The notes: generated by a model from the letters alone, not told the origin. A stretch of DNA of 64,000 nt from Burkholderiaceae bacterium (GCA_021166725.1 JAJPES010000012.1:14635-78634); one strand, 5' to 3'; counted from the stretch's first letter, positions 19,286-30,848 are shown. Numbers and translations are program-made.

Positions 19286-20374
19286 TCAACCGCGGGGGCC
19301 GTCGAGCTTTTCCTCGCGATGCATCGCCAGCGCCTCGTGGATCGGGCGGTCGGAGAAGCTGAAGAGCACGGTGTCCGCGCTCGTCGACCATCGGCAGACG
19401 TGCCACGACGGTACGACGAAATGGTCGCGCGGTCCGAACTCCAGCAACGTGGGCGCGCCCGCGCCGGGTCGTTCGATCGTCGCGCGGCCGCGGCCCTCGA
19501 CGACGCTGTAGACGATGCCGTCGGTCTGCCGCCACGGTTTTCCTTCGAAGCCCGCCGGCAGCAATTGCAGGAACGCGCCGATCGTCGGCATCGGCCAGCC
19601 GCCGGTGGCCGGGTTCAGGTAGCGCATCTTCGTTCCCTGCCACGCGTCGAGCGGCGCGTCGCGGCGCAGGCGATCGAGCGCGGCGCGCGAGCGTGCATAC
19701 GGATACGTGAACAGCGGCGAGGCGGCGCCATGCGGCCGGGCACCGGCGTCGCCCGGCATCGGCGCCAGGTTCTCGCCGAAGCGAGCGAGGTTGGTGCCTT
19801 CGTCGCGCTCGACCGGCTGCTGCCTTTCCGGGAAGTCTTCGGCGAAGCCCGCGTCGAGCAGGCGCACGACGGGGATGTCGAGGCCGTCGAGCCAGACCAC
19901 CGGCGTTGCCGATTCGTTGCCGTGATCGTGGAAGGTCCAGCTCGGCGTGATGATGAAATCGCCCGGATGCATCGTGCTGCGCTCGCCGTTCACCGCGGTG
20001 AACGCGCCCTCGCCTTCCACCACGAAGCGCAGTGCAGTCGCCACGTGGCGGTGGCTCGGCGCGACTTCGCCGGGCAGGATCAGCTGCAGCCCGGCGTACA
20101 GCGACTGCGTGATCGCCGACTGGCCCGGAATGCCCGGGTTCTCGAGGATCAGCACGCGACGCACCGCCTCCTCGGCGGAGATGACTTCGCCGGCGCGCGC
20201 GAGAAACGGGCGCACTTCGTCGTAGCGCCAGAGCGCGGGTACGCACGGCGACGCCGGGCTCTTCGGCACGAGCGCATGCAGCGACTCCCACAGCGGCGCG
20301 AGGTTCGCCGGGCGCATGTCGTCATACAGCCGCTCGCGCGCGGCGCGCGCGTCGTTCCTCGTGGCTTCGTTCAT
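19286..20374 (-). CDS. gtdA: Gentisate 1,2-dioxygenase (bicupin)
   Basis: LAPLWE, AVRRVLILENPG, LQLILPGEVAPSHRH, HDHGN, WLDGLDIP. Confidence 0.92.
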   Translation of the reverse strand: MNEATRNDARAARERLYDDMRPANLAPLWESLHALVPKSPASPCVPALWRYDEVRPFLARAGEVISAEEAVRRVLILENPGIPGQSAITQSLYAGLQLILPGEVAPSHRHVATALRFVVEGEGAFTAVNGERSTMHPGDFIITPSWTFHDHGNESATPVVWLDGLDIPVVRLLDAGFAEDFPERQQPVERDEGTNLARFGENLAPMPGDAGARPHGAASPLFTYPYARSRAALDRLRRDAPLDAWQGTKMRYLNPATGGWPMPTIGAFLQLLPAGFEGKPWRQTDGIVYSVVEGRGRATIERPGAGAPTLLEFGPRDHFVVPSWHVCRWSTSADTVLFSFSDRPIHEALAMHREEKLDGPRG

Positions 20375-20600
20375 CGCGATTCTCCTTCGGACGACATTGC
20401 GCCTGCGATCATTGCCGCGCGCTCTTCGTTCGCGCTCGCGTTTCCGGCAGGCCGTCTGCAATTCGTTGCGCGGACGCGCCGGCGCGCGCGCGACAGCTCG
20501 TTATTGCACTGTCGATTTCGACGAGCCGACGATGCCGGGTACGGCAGCAAGGGAATTCGCTTCGAGCGCGGCGACGACAAAGCGATCGTCGCGTCGTCCG

Positions 20601-23366
20601 CTACCGGCTGCGTCGCGTGCGTCCGGGCGATGCAGTCGAGGAAGCGGCCGGCCTATTCGCGGCGCTGGACACGGCCTTGGTCCCAGCCGCTTTCGCCGGC
20701 TTCTTCGCGACCTTCTTCGTGGCTTTCCTGGCCGCTTTCTTCGCGCCCTCACCCGGCTGCGCCCGGGTGGCTGCTGCTTTGCCTGCCGTCTTCGCCGCCC
20801 TCACGGAGATCTCGTCCTGCGGCTCGCTCGCCGCGTGCGCGCTCGCGCCCGCCGTGCGTGCGCCGGTCTTGCGCGCTGCCGGCGCCGCTTCCGCCCCGGC
20901 TTTCGCGGCGGTCTTCTTCGCCGCCCTCGGTTCGAAGGCGAAGCCGACCTTGCCGCCGGGGTCGAGCACGAGGTACGCCTTGAACTTGCGCCGCGTGCGC
21001 GACGAAACGAAATCGGTGAGCAGGTCGGTGCGGCCCTCGGCCAGCAGCTTGCGCATCTGTGCGGGCGCGACTTCCTGCTGCAGGATGATCTTGCCGCTGC
21101 GGAAGTCGCAGTGCTTGCCGGGCCCGACCGCGTTCTCGCAGACGTAGCTCATGCCGTGTTCGAACACGCGTCCGCGGCACTTCGGACAGGCGCCCAGCGG
21201 CTCCTGGCCGGAGAAGTCCACTGCTGCGCCGTCGTCGTCGCCGGCGCCTGCCTGGCCGAAATCGAATTCGAGCTTGTGCTCGTCGTTCAGCTTCACGATC
21301 GCCGCGAACGGGCGCCCGAGCCGACTGCGGAATCCCTGCAGCGGACCGATCGTGCGCTCGCGCAGCAACTGCTCGGCCTCGGCGACTTCGAGCTGGCGCC
21401 CGCCGGGAATCTTCGTGATCGAGAAGTCGCAGCGGGTGCAGGCGAAGCGCTTGTAGTTTTCCTTTACGGTGCCGCCGCAGTTCGGGCAGGGCGTGGACAG
21501 CGTTTCGTAGTCGCCCGGCACGTCGACGGTGTCGCGGCTCTTCGCGCGCTCGACGATCTTGCGCGTCATCTCGGCGATCTCGCGCATGAACTCGTCGCGC
21601 TCGAGTCGGCCGCGCTCGATCTGCGAAAGCTTGTACTCCCATTCACCGGTGAGTTCGGGCGCGGTGAGCTCGTCGACTTCCAGTCCGCGCAGCAGGCGAA
21701 CCAACTGGAACGCCTTGGTCGTCGGGATGAGCTCGCGGCCTTCGCGCACGAGGTAGTTCTCGGTGATCAGACCTTCGATGATCGCCGCCCGCGTGGCCGG
21801 CGTTCCCAGGCCCTTGGCCTGCATCGCCTCGCGCAGTTCGTCGTCGTCGATCAGCTTGCCGGCGCCCTCCATCGCCGACAGCAGCGTCGCCTCGGTGTAG
21901 CGCGCCGGCGGTTTCGTGGCCAGCGCGCGCGCCTCGATCGATTCGGTGCGCACGCGTTCGCCGGACTCGATCGGCACGAGCGTGTCGTCCTTGCCTTCGC
22001 GCCCGTGCACGGCGAGCCAGCCCGGGTTCACCAGCACGCGGCCTTCGGTCTTGAACGACTCGCCTTCGACGACGGTGATGCGCGTCGTGTTCAGGTATTC
22101 GGCCGGCGGGAAGAACACGGCGAGGAAGCGGCGCACGACGAGATCGTAGATGCGCTGCTCGGCGTCGGACAGTGCACCGGCGCGCGGCGCCTGCATCGTA
22201 GGGATGATCGCGAAGTGGTCCGACACCTTCGTGTTGTCGAAGATGCGCTTGTTCGGCTTGACCCAGCCGCCGGCGGCGATCTGCTTCGCGAAGCCGGCGT
22301 AGGCGCGTTCGCCCTCGAGCACGCCGAGCGTCTCGCGTACGCCGGGCAGGTAGTCTTCGGGCAACGCGCGCGAGTCGGTGCGCGGATAGGTGAGCACCTT
22401 GTGCCGCTCGTACAGCGCCTGCGCGATCGACAGCGTGGTGCGCGCCGAGTAGCCGAAGCGCGAGTTCGCCTCGCGCTGCAGGCTGGTGAGATCGAAGAGC
22501 GCGGGCGACAACTGCGTGCTCGGCTTCGTCTCCTCGGTGACGGTGCCTGTCCTGCCGCCACAGCGCTGGACGATCGCCTCGGCGCGCTCGCGCTGCCAGA
22601 TGCGCTCGGCGCGCGCGTCGGGCGCGTCTTCGCTGCGCCTGAAGCCGGGATCGAACCACCGTGCATCGTAGGCGCCGGCCTTCGCGCCGAACGTGGCGTG
22701 CACCTCGAAATAGTCCTTCGGCACGAAGCGCTTGATGCGTTCCTCGCGCTCGACGACGATGGTCAGGGTGGGTGTCTGCACGCGCCCGACGGTGGTCTTG
22801 TAGAAGCCGCCGTCGCGCGAGTTGAACGCGGTCATCGCGCGCGTGCCGTTGATGCCCACCAGCCAGTCGGCCTCCGAGCGGCTGCGCGCCGCGTCGGCCA
22901 GCGGCAGCATCTGCGTGTCGCTGCGCAGGTTGCCGAAGGCGTCGCGGATCGCCGCCGGCGTCATCGACTGCAGCCAGAGCCGCTGCACCGGCTGCTTCGC
23001 CTTCGTGTGCTGGACGATCAGCCGGAAGATCAGCTCGCCCTCGCGACCGGCGTCGCAGGCGTTGATCAGCCGATCGACGTCCTTGCGTCGGATCAGCTTC
23101 GCCAGCAGCTTCAGCCGATCCTCGCTCTTGGCGATCGGCTGGACGTCGAAGTGCGGTGGAATGACCGGCAGGTGCGCAAAAGACCACTTTCCGCGCTTGA
23201 CCTCGAACTGCTCGGGAACGGCGATCTCGACCAGGTGCCCGACCGCCGACGACAGCACGTACTCTTCGCTCTCGAAGTAGTCGCCGTGCCGCGTGAAGCC
23301 GCCGAGCGCGCGCGCGATGTCGGCTGCGACGGACGGCTTCTCGGCGATGATCAGGGCTTTGCTCAT
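20601..23366 (-). CDS. topB: DNA topoisomerase III (type IA) with Zn-ribbon and Lys/Ala-rich tail
   Basis: IAEKPSVA, ACDAGREGELIF, GRVQTPT, LTYPRTDS catalytic Tyr, GLGTPATRA. Confidence 0.93.
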   Translation of the reverse strand: MSKALIIAEKPSVAADIARALGGFTRHGDYFESEEYVLSSAVGHLVEIAVPEQFEVKRGKWSFAHLPVIPPHFDVQPIAKSEDRLKLLAKLIRRKDVDRLINACDAGREGELIFRLIVQHTKAKQPVQRLWLQSMTPAAIRDAFGNLRSDTQMLPLADAARSRSEADWLVGINGTRAMTAFNSRDGGFYKTTVGRVQTPTLTIVVEREERIKRFVPKDYFEVHATFGAKAGAYDARWFDPGFRRSEDAPDARAERIWQRERAEAIVQRCGGRTGTVTEETKPSTQLSPALFDLTSLQREANSRFGYSARTTLSIAQALYERHKVLTYPRTDSRALPEDYLPGVRETLGVLEGERAYAGFAKQIAAGGWVKPNKRIFDNTKVSDHFAIIPTMQAPRAGALSDAEQRIYDLVVRRFLAVFFPPAEYLNTTRITVVEGESFKTEGRVLVNPGWLAVHGREGKDDTLVPIESGERVRTESIEARALATKPPARYTEATLLSAMEGAGKLIDDDELREAMQAKGLGTPATRAAIIEGLITENYLVREGRELIPTTKAFQLVRLLRGLEVDELTAPELTGEWEYKLSQIERGRLERDEFMREIAEMTRKIVERAKSRDTVDVPGDYETLSTPCPNCGGTVKENYKRFACTRCDFSITKIPGGRQLEVAEAEQLLRERTIGPLQGFRSRLGRPFAAIVKLNDEHKLEFDFGQAGAGDDDGAAVDFSGQEPLGACPKCRGRVFEHGMSYVCENAVGPGKHCDFRSGKIILQQEVAPAQMRKLLAEGRTDLLTDFVSSRTRRKFKAYLVLDPGGKVGFAFEPRAAKKTAAKAGAEAAPAARKTGARTAGASAHAASEPQDEISVRAAKTAGKAAATRAQPGEGAKKAARKATKKVAKKPAKAAGTKAVSSAANRPAASSTASPGRTRRSR

Positions 23367-23531
23367 GGGGGCGCCATCATAAGTGGCGACTAACGGCCGG
23401 TGCAACAAGTCATCCGGATCGGCCGTTCGGCGCGCTGCCGACGCGGTTTCGTGCAAGACTGACGCGCGGGCGCGCGCCGTCCGGGCCGCGCGCCTGCCGG
23501 CTGGCGCGGGCCGGGTCCACGGCATGCACGC

Positions 23532-24686
23532 TCATCGGCTGGTGCCCGGTCGGGCCCGCGCGTAGCGTCCGTCGTCCCATCGCTGTACCTTCCCCGCGAG
23601 CTCCAGTGCGAGCAGCGCCTCGGCGACCTCGCCGGCGGCGAGTGCGCAGCGGCCGATCAGCGTGTCGATGTCGGTCGGATCCCAGCCGAGCGCCTTCAGC
23701 AGGATGCGCTCCACCGGGCTGGCCGCGGCGCAATCGTCGAACGCGTCGTCGTACTGCGCGGGCGCGTTCCGCGGGGTGCCGCTTTCCCCGCGCATCTGTC
23801 CGCGCAGTTCCGCCATCACATCCTCTGCCGACTCGACGAGCTTCGCCCCTTCCCGGATCAGTCGATGACAGCCGCGAGCCACCGGCGAGTGGATCGACCC
23901 GGGGATCGCCATCACCTCGCGCCCGCACTCGGCCGCGTGCCGCGCGGTGATCAGCGAACCGGAATGCGGGGCTGCCTCGACGACGAGCACGCCGAGCGAC
24001 AACCCGGCGATGATCCGGTTGCGACGAGGAAAGTTGGCGCGCTGTACTTCGGTGCCGAGCGGCAGCTCGGAAACGATCGCGCCCCGCCGGGCGATCGCGT
24101 GCGCGAGCGGGCGGTGCGCCGCCGGGTAGACCCGATCGACGCCGGTGCCGACCACTGCGATCGTGCCGGCGCGTCCCTCGAGCGCTCCGCGATGCGCAGC
24201 GGCGTCGATGCCGCGCGCCAGTCCGCTGCAGACGGCGAGACCTTCGTCGGCCACGGCGCGCGCGAAATCGCGCGCGTTCTCCTCGCCGGCCGGCGTGGCG
24301 TGTCGGCTGCCGACGATGGCGAGCAGGTCGCCCGACAGAGCGTCGGGCAAGCCGCGCACGTACAGCAGCGGCGGCGGGTCGGCGATCTGCAGCAGCGGTT
24401 TCGGGTAGCGCGGATCGGCGAGCGTGAGCAGGTGGCTGTGCTCGCCGTTCGCCCAGTCGAGCGCGGCGGCGACCTTCGCTTCGCGCTCGTCGTCGTCGGC
24501 AAGCAGCGCGCCGGCGCGCGTTGCATCGAGTACGGCGGCGACGCGCGTGCGGCCGGCGCGGAAGACGTCCTCGGGAAGTCCGAAGGCTTCGAGCAGGCGC
24601 CGCACGGCAGCCGGTCCGATGCCCGGAGTAAGCGTCATCCGCAGCCACCACGCGTGTTCGTCGCGCGCTACGGCGTCCAGCGGCAA
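23532..24686 (-). CDS. dprA: DNA-processing protein DprA
   Basis: AIVGSR, SGLARGIDAAAH, FPRRNRIIAGL, SGSLITA, GCHRLIREGA. Confidence 0.95.
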   Translation of the reverse strand: MPLDAVARDEHAWWLRMTLTPGIGPAAVRRLLEAFGLPEDVFRAGRTRVAAVLDATRAGALLADDDEREAKVAAALDWANGEHSHLLTLADPRYPKPLLQIADPPPLLYVRGLPDALSGDLLAIVGSRHATPAGEENARDFARAVADEGLAVCSGLARGIDAAAHRGALEGRAGTIAVVGTGVDRVYPAAHRPLAHAIARRGAIVSELPLGTEVQRANFPRRNRIIAGLSLGVLVVEAAPHSGSLITARHAAECGREVMAIPGSIHSPVARGCHRLIREGAKLVESAEDVMAELRGQMRGESGTPRNAPAQYDDAFDDCAAASPVERILLKALGWDPTDIDTLIGRCALAAGEVAEALLALELAGKVQRWDDGRYARARPGTSR

Positions 24687-24839
24687 GCCGAGTCTCCTTT
24701 CCGGCGCGCAGCAGTTGCAGGCCTTGCGCAGTTCCCATCGGAGCCGCCCGGTCGTCTGCCGCGCACGAGCCGGCCGGCGGCCCCCGCAACGAAAGCGCCG
24801 CGCTCGAGGCGCGGCGCGTTCACCGGGGTGCGAGCGGAA

Positions 24840-25928
24840 TCAGGGGTTCGCGACGTCGTCGCCGACGGCGATCGGCTGCGAGGCGCTCATCACGAGCCCG
24901 TAGGCGATCTTATCGAAGACGCGGAAGACGAGAAGATGGCCGATCGGCTCGTCCGGAAGGACGACCTTCTCGTGGCCGGGCGCGGTGCGATCGGTGATCG
25001 TCGCACCCCGGTGCTCGATGCCGAGCACGTGGCCGACCTCGATGCCGTTCTCCTTGCCCACGTTCACCGCGACGACGCTGTTGCGGCCCACCTGCGTGAC
25101 GCCGCGATAGACGGCGACGATGCGGCCCGACACCGTCGAATCCGGTGGGCGCGGCGCGTAGACCATCGGCAGCGCGCGCTCGGCCGGCATCAGGCGATCG
25201 CCCGGGCCGACCTCCTCGTTGGTCGCGACCACGCGCAGCGATGCCGGATCGCCCGCGCGCTCGAGCTTGCCGGTGCCGAGGAACAGCGCCTCCCAGGCGA
25301 TCGGCTTGCGCGTGTCCGGATCGAGCAGCGGCTTGGCCGACCGATAGATATGCCATTCCGTGGTCTTCGGCTGATCGATGCCGCGCACGTAGGCGAGCTC
25401 GCCGCGGCCGAGGAACACGCGTCCCTCCTGCGTTGCGACGATGCGCGGATGCGACGCGAGCCCGTGCTCGTCGACTACCAGCGGGCGATTCAGGAAGGCC
25501 TCGATGTCGGTCGAGCTGATCGTCGGAATCGCCTCGCGCTCGAGCGGCGCGGTGCGCACTCGCGGACTGAGTTTCTCGACGGGAAGATTGCCGCCGGCGC
25601 CCGATCCGCCGGCACCCACGGAGCGCGCCAGGCGCAGTCGCGGCGTCGCACCGCTGCGGTCGAGCAGGATGACGTCGCCCGGATAGATCCAGTGCGGATC
25701 GCGGATCTCCTCGCGGTTCAGGTCCCAGATTTCCGGCCAGCGCCACGGCTTCTGCGGGAAGCGCGCGGAGATGTCCCTCAGCGTGTCGCCCTTGACGACG
25801 ACGTAGCGATCGGGCGCGTCCTTCGCGATCTCGAGCGGCGCGGTGGCCGGCTGTGCGAATGCCAGCCCGGCCGCGCAGGCGAGCCCCGCGACAGCCAGTG
25901 TCAGAAACTGCACGGAGAGCTTTCTCAT
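24840..25928 (-). CDS. LysM peptidoglycan-binding protein (TsaP-like)
   Basis: Signal peptide; YVVVKGDTL..PWRWPEIW..DPHWIYPGD; conserved position between dprA and def. Confidence 0.88.
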   Translation of the reverse strand: MRKLSVQFLTLAVAGLACAAGLAFAQPATAPLEIAKDAPDRYVVVKGDTLRDISARFPQKPWRWPEIWDLNREEIRDPHWIYPGDVILLDRSGATPRLRLARSVGAGGSGAGGNLPVEKLSPRVRTAPLEREAIPTISSTDIEAFLNRPLVVDEHGLASHPRIVATQEGRVFLGRGELAYVRGIDQPKTTEWHIYRSAKPLLDPDTRKPIAWEALFLGTGKLERAGDPASLRVVATNEEVGPGDRLMPAERALPMVYAPRPPDSTVSGRIVAVYRGVTQVGRNSVVAVNVGKENGIEVGHVLGIEHRGATITDRTAPGHEKVVLPDEPIGHLLVFRVFDKIAYGLVMSASQPIAVGDDVANP

Positions 25929-26090
25929 GAGCGCGCGTGCCTGCGAACGTGTGGGATACTCGACCAGGAGGGTTGATCGAGTCGCATTCGCCCCGAAATC
26001 AGCCTCGTAGTCAGTTTTGCTTTCTGCCGCCACTGTATCGGCGTCGTCCGCATCCCGCGACCCGAGCCTACCGGCGGTCGCAATTCACCG

Positions 26091-26597
26091 ATGGCCGTAT
26101 TGGACATTCTTCGCTATCCCGATCCCCGGCTGCAGCGGGTCGCCAAACCCGTGCGCGAGGTGGACGAGCGCATTCGCACGCTCGTGCGCGACATGGCCGA
26201 AACCATGTACGCGGCGCCCGGCATCGGGCTTGCCGCCACGCAGGTGGACGTGCACGAGCGCGTGATCGTGCTCGACGTCTCCGACGCGCGAGACGAGCTG
26301 CGGGTGTTCATCAACCCCGAGATCGTCTCGGCGAGCGACGAGACGAAAGTGTTCGAGGAGGGGTGCCTCTCGGTGCCCGGCATCTACGACGAGGTGGAGC
26401 GACCCGATCGCGTCACCGTGCGTGCGCTCGACGAGAACGGCAAGCCCTTCGAACTCGCGGCCGACGGCCTGCTCGCCGTCTGCGTGCAGCACGAGATCGA
26501 CCACCTGAACGGCCGCGTCTTCGTGCAGTACCTGTCGCGGCTGAAGCAGTCGCGCATCCGCAGCCGGCTGCTGAAGGCCGAACGCGTCGACGCGTAG
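26091..26597 (+). CDS. def: Peptide deformylase
   Basis: [22 protein letters not shown]. Confidence 0.97.
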   Translation: MAVLDILRYPDPRLQRVAKPVREVDERIRTLVRDMAETMYAAPGIGLAATQVDVHERVIVLDVSDARDELRVFINPEIVSASDETKVFEEGCLSVPGIYDEVERPDRVTVRALDENGKPFELAADGLLAVCVQHEIDHLNGRVFVQYLSRLKQSRIRSRLLKAERVDA

Positions 26598-26653
26598 GAG
26601 GCTCGGCGCGGCAACGCGCGGCCTGCGTGGCGCAACCCATTTGCCGTTCCTCG

Positions 26654-27661
26654 ATGCTGCGCCTGGTCTTCGCCGGTACGCCCGATTTCGCCGCCGAGGC
26701 ACTCGCCGCGCTGCACGGCGCGGGGCACGAGATCGTCCTCGTGCTCACGCGCCCGGACCAGCCTGCCGGGCGCGGGCAGGCGTTGCGCGACAGCCCGGTC
26801 AAGCGCCTGGCGCTGGCTTGCGGCCTGCCGCTCGAGCAGCCGCGCACGCTGCGCGATCCCTCGCTGCACGAACGGCTGCGCGCGCTCGACGCCGATGCGA
26901 TGATCGTCGCCGCCTACGGCGCGATCCTGCCCGCGGAAGTGCTCGCCATCCCGCGCCACGGCTGCCTGAACATCCACGCGTCGCTGCTGCCGCGCTGGCG
27001 GGGCGCCGCGCCGATCCAGCGCGCGATCGAGGCGGGCGACGCCGAGACCGGCGTGACGATCATGCAGATGGACGAGGGGCTCGACACCGGCGCGATGCTG
27101 CTCGTCGTGCGAACGCCGATCGCCGCCGACGACACCGGAGGCAGCGTGCACGACCGGCTCGCGGCGCTGGGCGCGCGCGCAATCGTCGATGCGCTCGCTG
27201 CGCTCGGACGAGGCGAGCTGATCGCGACGCCGCAGCCCGAAGAAGGCGTCACCTACGCGCGCAAGCTCACGCGCGACGACGCTGCGATCGACTGGACGAT
27301 GCCGGCGAGAAGCATCGTCGACCGGGTGCGTGCCTTCGACCCGGCGCCGGGGGCTACGGCGCGGCTCGACGGCGCGGCCGGGACGACGATCAAGGTGTGG
27401 CGTGCGGCGCGATGGAGCGCCGGGGATGCGGGCGCGGCCGGGCCGGGTGCAGTGAGCCTCCCCGCGGCCAGCGCCGCGAGCCACTACGCGCCCGGCGCCG
27501 TGCTCGACATACCGGGACGCATCGTCGTCGTCTGCGGCGACGGTGCCGTCGAGTTGCTCGAATTGCAGAGGCCCGGGAGCCGACGGCTCGCGGTCGGCGA
27601 GTTCCTGCGAGGGTACCCGGTGGCGGCGGGTGCGAGCTTCGCGCAGCGCTCGGCGCCTTGA
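26654..27661 (+). CDS. fmt: Methionyl-tRNA formyltransferase
   Basis: [36 protein letters not shown]. Confidence 0.96.
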   Translation: MLRLVFAGTPDFAAEALAALHGAGHEIVLVLTRPDQPAGRGQALRDSPVKRLALACGLPLEQPRTLRDPSLHERLRALDADAMIVAAYGAILPAEVLAIPRHGCLNIHASLLPRWRGAAPIQRAIEAGDAETGVTIMQMDEGLDTGAMLLVVRTPIAADDTGGSVHDRLAALGARAIVDALAALGRGELIATPQPEEGVTYARKLTRDDAAIDWTMPARSIVDRVRAFDPAPGATARLDGAAGTTIKVWRAARWSAGDAGAAGPGAVSLPAASAASHYAPGAVLDIPGRIVVVCGDGAVELLELQRPGSRRLAVGEFLRGYPVAAGASFAQRSAP

Positions 27662-27791
27662 GCGCAAGGTTCGGCGGCGGCTTGCGCGCCATTCGGCCGG
27701 CGCAACCGGCAACGGGCGGCCTCCGGCGCCCAACAGCCAAGGCTCGCGCCACCCCCTACCCTTCGCAACCGCTAAAGTACGTTGGCGGGCC

Positions 27792-27820
27792 CTTGCAAGG
27801 CGCGCCTGCCGCCCCGATAT
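27792..27820 (+). promoter_or_regulatory. Putative sigma32 (RpoH) promoter of htpX
   Basis: CTTGCA-N14-CCCCGATAT resembles the CTTGAA...CCCCAT consensus, upstream of a heat-shock protease. Confidence 0.5.
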
Positions 27821-27874
27821 CCGACCGGCCGGGCGCCTGACTCGCGTCGGCGAAACGAGGAGCGACGTACACAA

Positions 27875-28732
27875 ATGTTCAACTGGTTGAAGACCGGCAT
27901 CCTGATGGCCGGGATCATGGCGCTGTTCGGCGCCGTGGGATCGATCATCGGCGGCCGCGAAGGCATGTTGCTGGCGCTCGGCTTCGGGCTGATCAGCAAC
28001 TTCTTCGCGTACTGGTTCTCCGACAAGCTGGTGCTGCGCATGTACCGGGCGCGCGAGGTGGACGAGACGAGCGCGCCGCAGTTCTACCGGATGGTGCAGG
28101 AGCTCGCTCAGAAGGCGCAGCTCCCGATGCCGCGCGTCTACCTGATCGACGAAGACGCGCCGAACGCCTTTGCCACCGGGCGCAATCCGCAGAACGCCGC
28201 GGTGGCCGCCACCACCGGCATCCTGCGCGTGCTCGATGCGCGCGAACTGCGCGGCGTCATGGCGCACGAGCTGTCGCACGTGAAGCACCGCGACATCCTG
28301 ATCTCGACGATTTCCGCGACGCTCGCCGGCGCGATCTCCGCGCTTGCGAATTTCGCGATGTTCTTCGGCGGCCGCGACAGCGAAGGCCGTTCGAACCCGG
28401 TGGCGTCGATCGCCGTCGCGATTCTCGCGCCGATCGCCGCGATGCTGATCCAGATGGCGATCTCGCGCGCCCGCGAGTTCGAGGCCGACCGCCGCGGCGC
28501 GGAAATTTCCGGCGACCCGCGGGCGCTGGCGTCGGCGCTCGAGAAGATCGACCGCTACGCGCGCGGCATTCCGCTCGAGACGGCCGAGCGCCACCCTGAA
28601 ACCGCGCAGATGATGATCATGAATCCGCTGTCGGGCGGCGGACTGCGCGGCATGTTTTCCACGCACCCCGATACCGCCGAGCGCATTCGTCGACTGCTGG
28701 CGATGCCGGCTGGAGTCGCTGCGAGAGTGTGA
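27875..28732 (+). CDS. htpX: Zinc metalloprotease HtpX
   Basis: [29 protein letters not shown]. Confidence 0.95.
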   Translation: MFNWLKTGILMAGIMALFGAVGSIIGGREGMLLALGFGLISNFFAYWFSDKLVLRMYRAREVDETSAPQFYRMVQELAQKAQLPMPRVYLIDEDAPNAFATGRNPQNAAVAATTGILRVLDARELRGVMAHELSHVKHRDILISTISATLAGAISALANFAMFFGGRDSEGRSNPVASIAVAILAPIAAMLIQMAISRAREFEADRRGAEISGDPRALASALEKIDRYARGIPLETAERHPETAQMMIMNPLSGGGLRGMFSTHPDTAERIRRLLAMPAGVAARV

Positions 28733-30282
28733 GCGAACACTCGCGCCAGAAGAGCCGACAAGGAGAGGCGACGCCGGGCGATTCGCAGCGTTCGACGGCC
28801 GCGGAAGGCGGCCGCGCCCGGCGAACGATGCACGCCGAACGCGCCAGCGGCCGGCGTTCGCCCGACGAGACCGGCGGCGACCGGCGCCCGCTGCGCGTCG
28901 AAGACGCCGGCGCCCACCGCGCCGCACTTTCCCGCGAACTCGATTGCGCCGCCCGCGCAATCGAAGCGCTCGTCGCCGGCCGCTCGCTTCCCGACGCGCT
29001 CGACGAGGCGATCGCAGCCGAGTCTGCCCGGGCGCCTCTTCCCGCTGCGTCGCACGCGGCGATCCGCGACCTCGCCTATCGCAGTTGCCGCGAGTTGGGG
29101 CTCGTTCGCGAGCTGGCCCGCGCCCTGAACGCGCGCGAACCGGCGCCCGCACTCGTTGCGCTGCAATGGGTGGCGCTCGCGCAGCTCGTCGAATCGATTC
29201 GAGCCGATGCGGTCGTCGTCGACCAGGCGGTGCGGGCCGCACACGCGATGCCCGGCGGCCCGCAGGTCGCCGGCTTCCTGAATGCGACGCTGCGCCGCTT
29301 CGTGCGAGAACGCGACGAGCGACTGCAGGCGGCCCGGCGCAAGCCCGAAGCGCACTGGAACCACCCCGGCTGGTGGATCGACCGCCTGCGTCGCGCCTGG
29401 CCGGAGCGCTGGCAGCAGATCCTCGAGGTCGGCAACGGCGCACCGCCGATGACGTTGCGCGTGAACCGCCGCCAGGCCAGTGCAACCGACTACCTGTCCC
29501 GCCTGCACCAACAAGGTGTCGCCGCACGCTGCGTAGGCGACCAGGCGATCGTTCTCGACCGCGCCGTGCCGGTCGGCACGCTGCCCGGTTGGCACGATGG
29601 CACTGTCACCGTTCAGGACGCCGCTGCTCAGCTTGCCGCGTCATTCCTGGATCCTCGCGATGGTGAGCGCTTGCTCGACGCCTGCGCCGCCCCCGGCGGC
29701 AAGACCACGCATCTGCTCGAGTTGGCCGACGTAGACCTCACCGCGCTCGATATCGACGCCGCCCGCCTGCGCAGCGTCCGTGAAAACCTCGAGCGCCTCG
29801 GCTTCGCGGGTCCGCGCTCGGGCTCGGCAAGCGCATTCGCGCCCGCCCGCCCGCCGACGCTGGTCGCCGGCGATGCCAGCCGCCCGGCCGACTGGTGGGA
29901 CGGCCGTCCCTTCGATCGCATCCTCCTCGACGCTCCGTGCACCGCCTCCGGCATCGTTCGTCGGCACCCGGACGTGCGCTGGCTGCGCCGCCGTAGCGAT
30001 CTCGCGACACTGGCGCGACGCCAGTCGGAAATCCTCCAGGCGCTTTGGCCGGTGCTCGGCACGGGTGGTAAATTGCTCTACACCACGTGCTCCGTCTTTC
30101 CCGAGGAAGGTGAAGAAGTAATCACTGGCTTTCTGGAAAAGCAGCAGGATGCATCGAGACTGCCCCTGCAGCGGCGCTTCGACGGGTGCACGCCGGAACC
30201 GGTGTCGACGCTGCTTCCGGTCGCCACCGCCACTCGCGACCACGACGGATTCTTCTTCGCCCTGCTGGAAAAACGCCCTTGA
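28729..30282 (+). CDS. rsmB: 16S rRNA m5C967 methyltransferase RsmB (start uncertain)
   Basis: NusB-like N-domain, [35 protein letters not shown]. Confidence 0.92.
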   Translation: MSEHSRQKSRQGEATPGDSQRSTAAEGGRARRTMHAERASGRRSPDETGGDRRPLRVEDAGAHRAALSRELDCAARAIEALVAGRSLPDALDEAIAAESARAPLPAASHAAIRDLAYRSCRELGLVRELARALNAREPAPALVALQWVALAQLVESIRADAVVVDQAVRAAHAMPGGPQVAGFLNATLRRFVRERDERLQAARRKPEAHWNHPGWWIDRLRRAWPERWQQILEVGNGAPPMTLRVNRRQASATDYLSRLHQQGVAARCVGDQAIVLDRAVPVGTLPGWHDGTVTVQDAAAQLAASFLDPRDGERLLDACAAPGGKTTHLLELADVDLTALDIDAARLRSVRENLERLGFAGPRSGSASAFAPARPPTLVAGDASRPADWWDGRPFDRILLDAPCTASGIVRRHPDVRWLRRRSDLATLARRQSEILQALWPVLGTGGKLLYTTCSVFPEEGEEVITGFLEKQQDASRLPLQRRFDGCTPEPVSTLLPVATATRDHDGFFFALLEKRP

Positions 30283-30848
30283 TCGCCCGTCTCGCCCTGG
30301 CGCTGGTGCTCGTGCTGGTGGCCACGCTGTGCGGACCGGTGCCGGCGGCGCGGGCGGCCGATGAGGCGAATTTCGCCCGTCCGCGCCTCGAACTCGACGC
30401 GGCATCGAACAGCTGGATGCTGTCGGGCGACTTCGAAGTGCCGCTCACCCGTTCGCTGGAAGAGGCCGTGCGGCGCGGGGTTCCGCTGTATTTCGTCCTC
30501 GAGTTCGAACTCATCCGTCCGCGCTGGTGGTGGACCGACGAGACGGTGGTGCAGCGCTCGGTCGTCTATCGACTCGCGTACCACGCGCTCACGCGCCAGT
30601 ACCGGCTCAATTTCGACGGCCTGACGCAGACCTGGGACACGCTTTCCGACGCGACGCAGGCGATGAGCCGCGTTCGCCACTGGCGCGTCTTCGACGCCTC
30701 GGTCGTCAAGCCGGGGACGCAATACGACGCTCGGGTACGCTTGAGGCTCGACGCGTCGCAATTGCCCAAACCGTTCCAGATCAATGCGATCACCGATCGC
30801 GACTGGAACCCGCAGTCCGAATGGAAGGATTTCGCGTTCAGACCATAG
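30279..30848 (+). CDS. DUF4390 family exported protein
   Basis: Signal peptide, GVPLYF, LAYHALTRQYR, LPKPFQINA; conserved position between rsmB and the ntrY-like kinase. Confidence 0.85.
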   Translation: MIARLALALVLVLVATLCGPVPAARAADEANFARPRLELDAASNSWMLSGDFEVPLTRSLEEAVRRGVPLYFVLEFELIRPRWWWTDETVVQRSVVYRLAYHALTRQYRLNFDGLTQTWDTLSDATQAMSRVRHWRVFDASVVKPGTQYDARVRLRLDASQLPKPFQINAITDRDWNPQSEWKDFAFRP

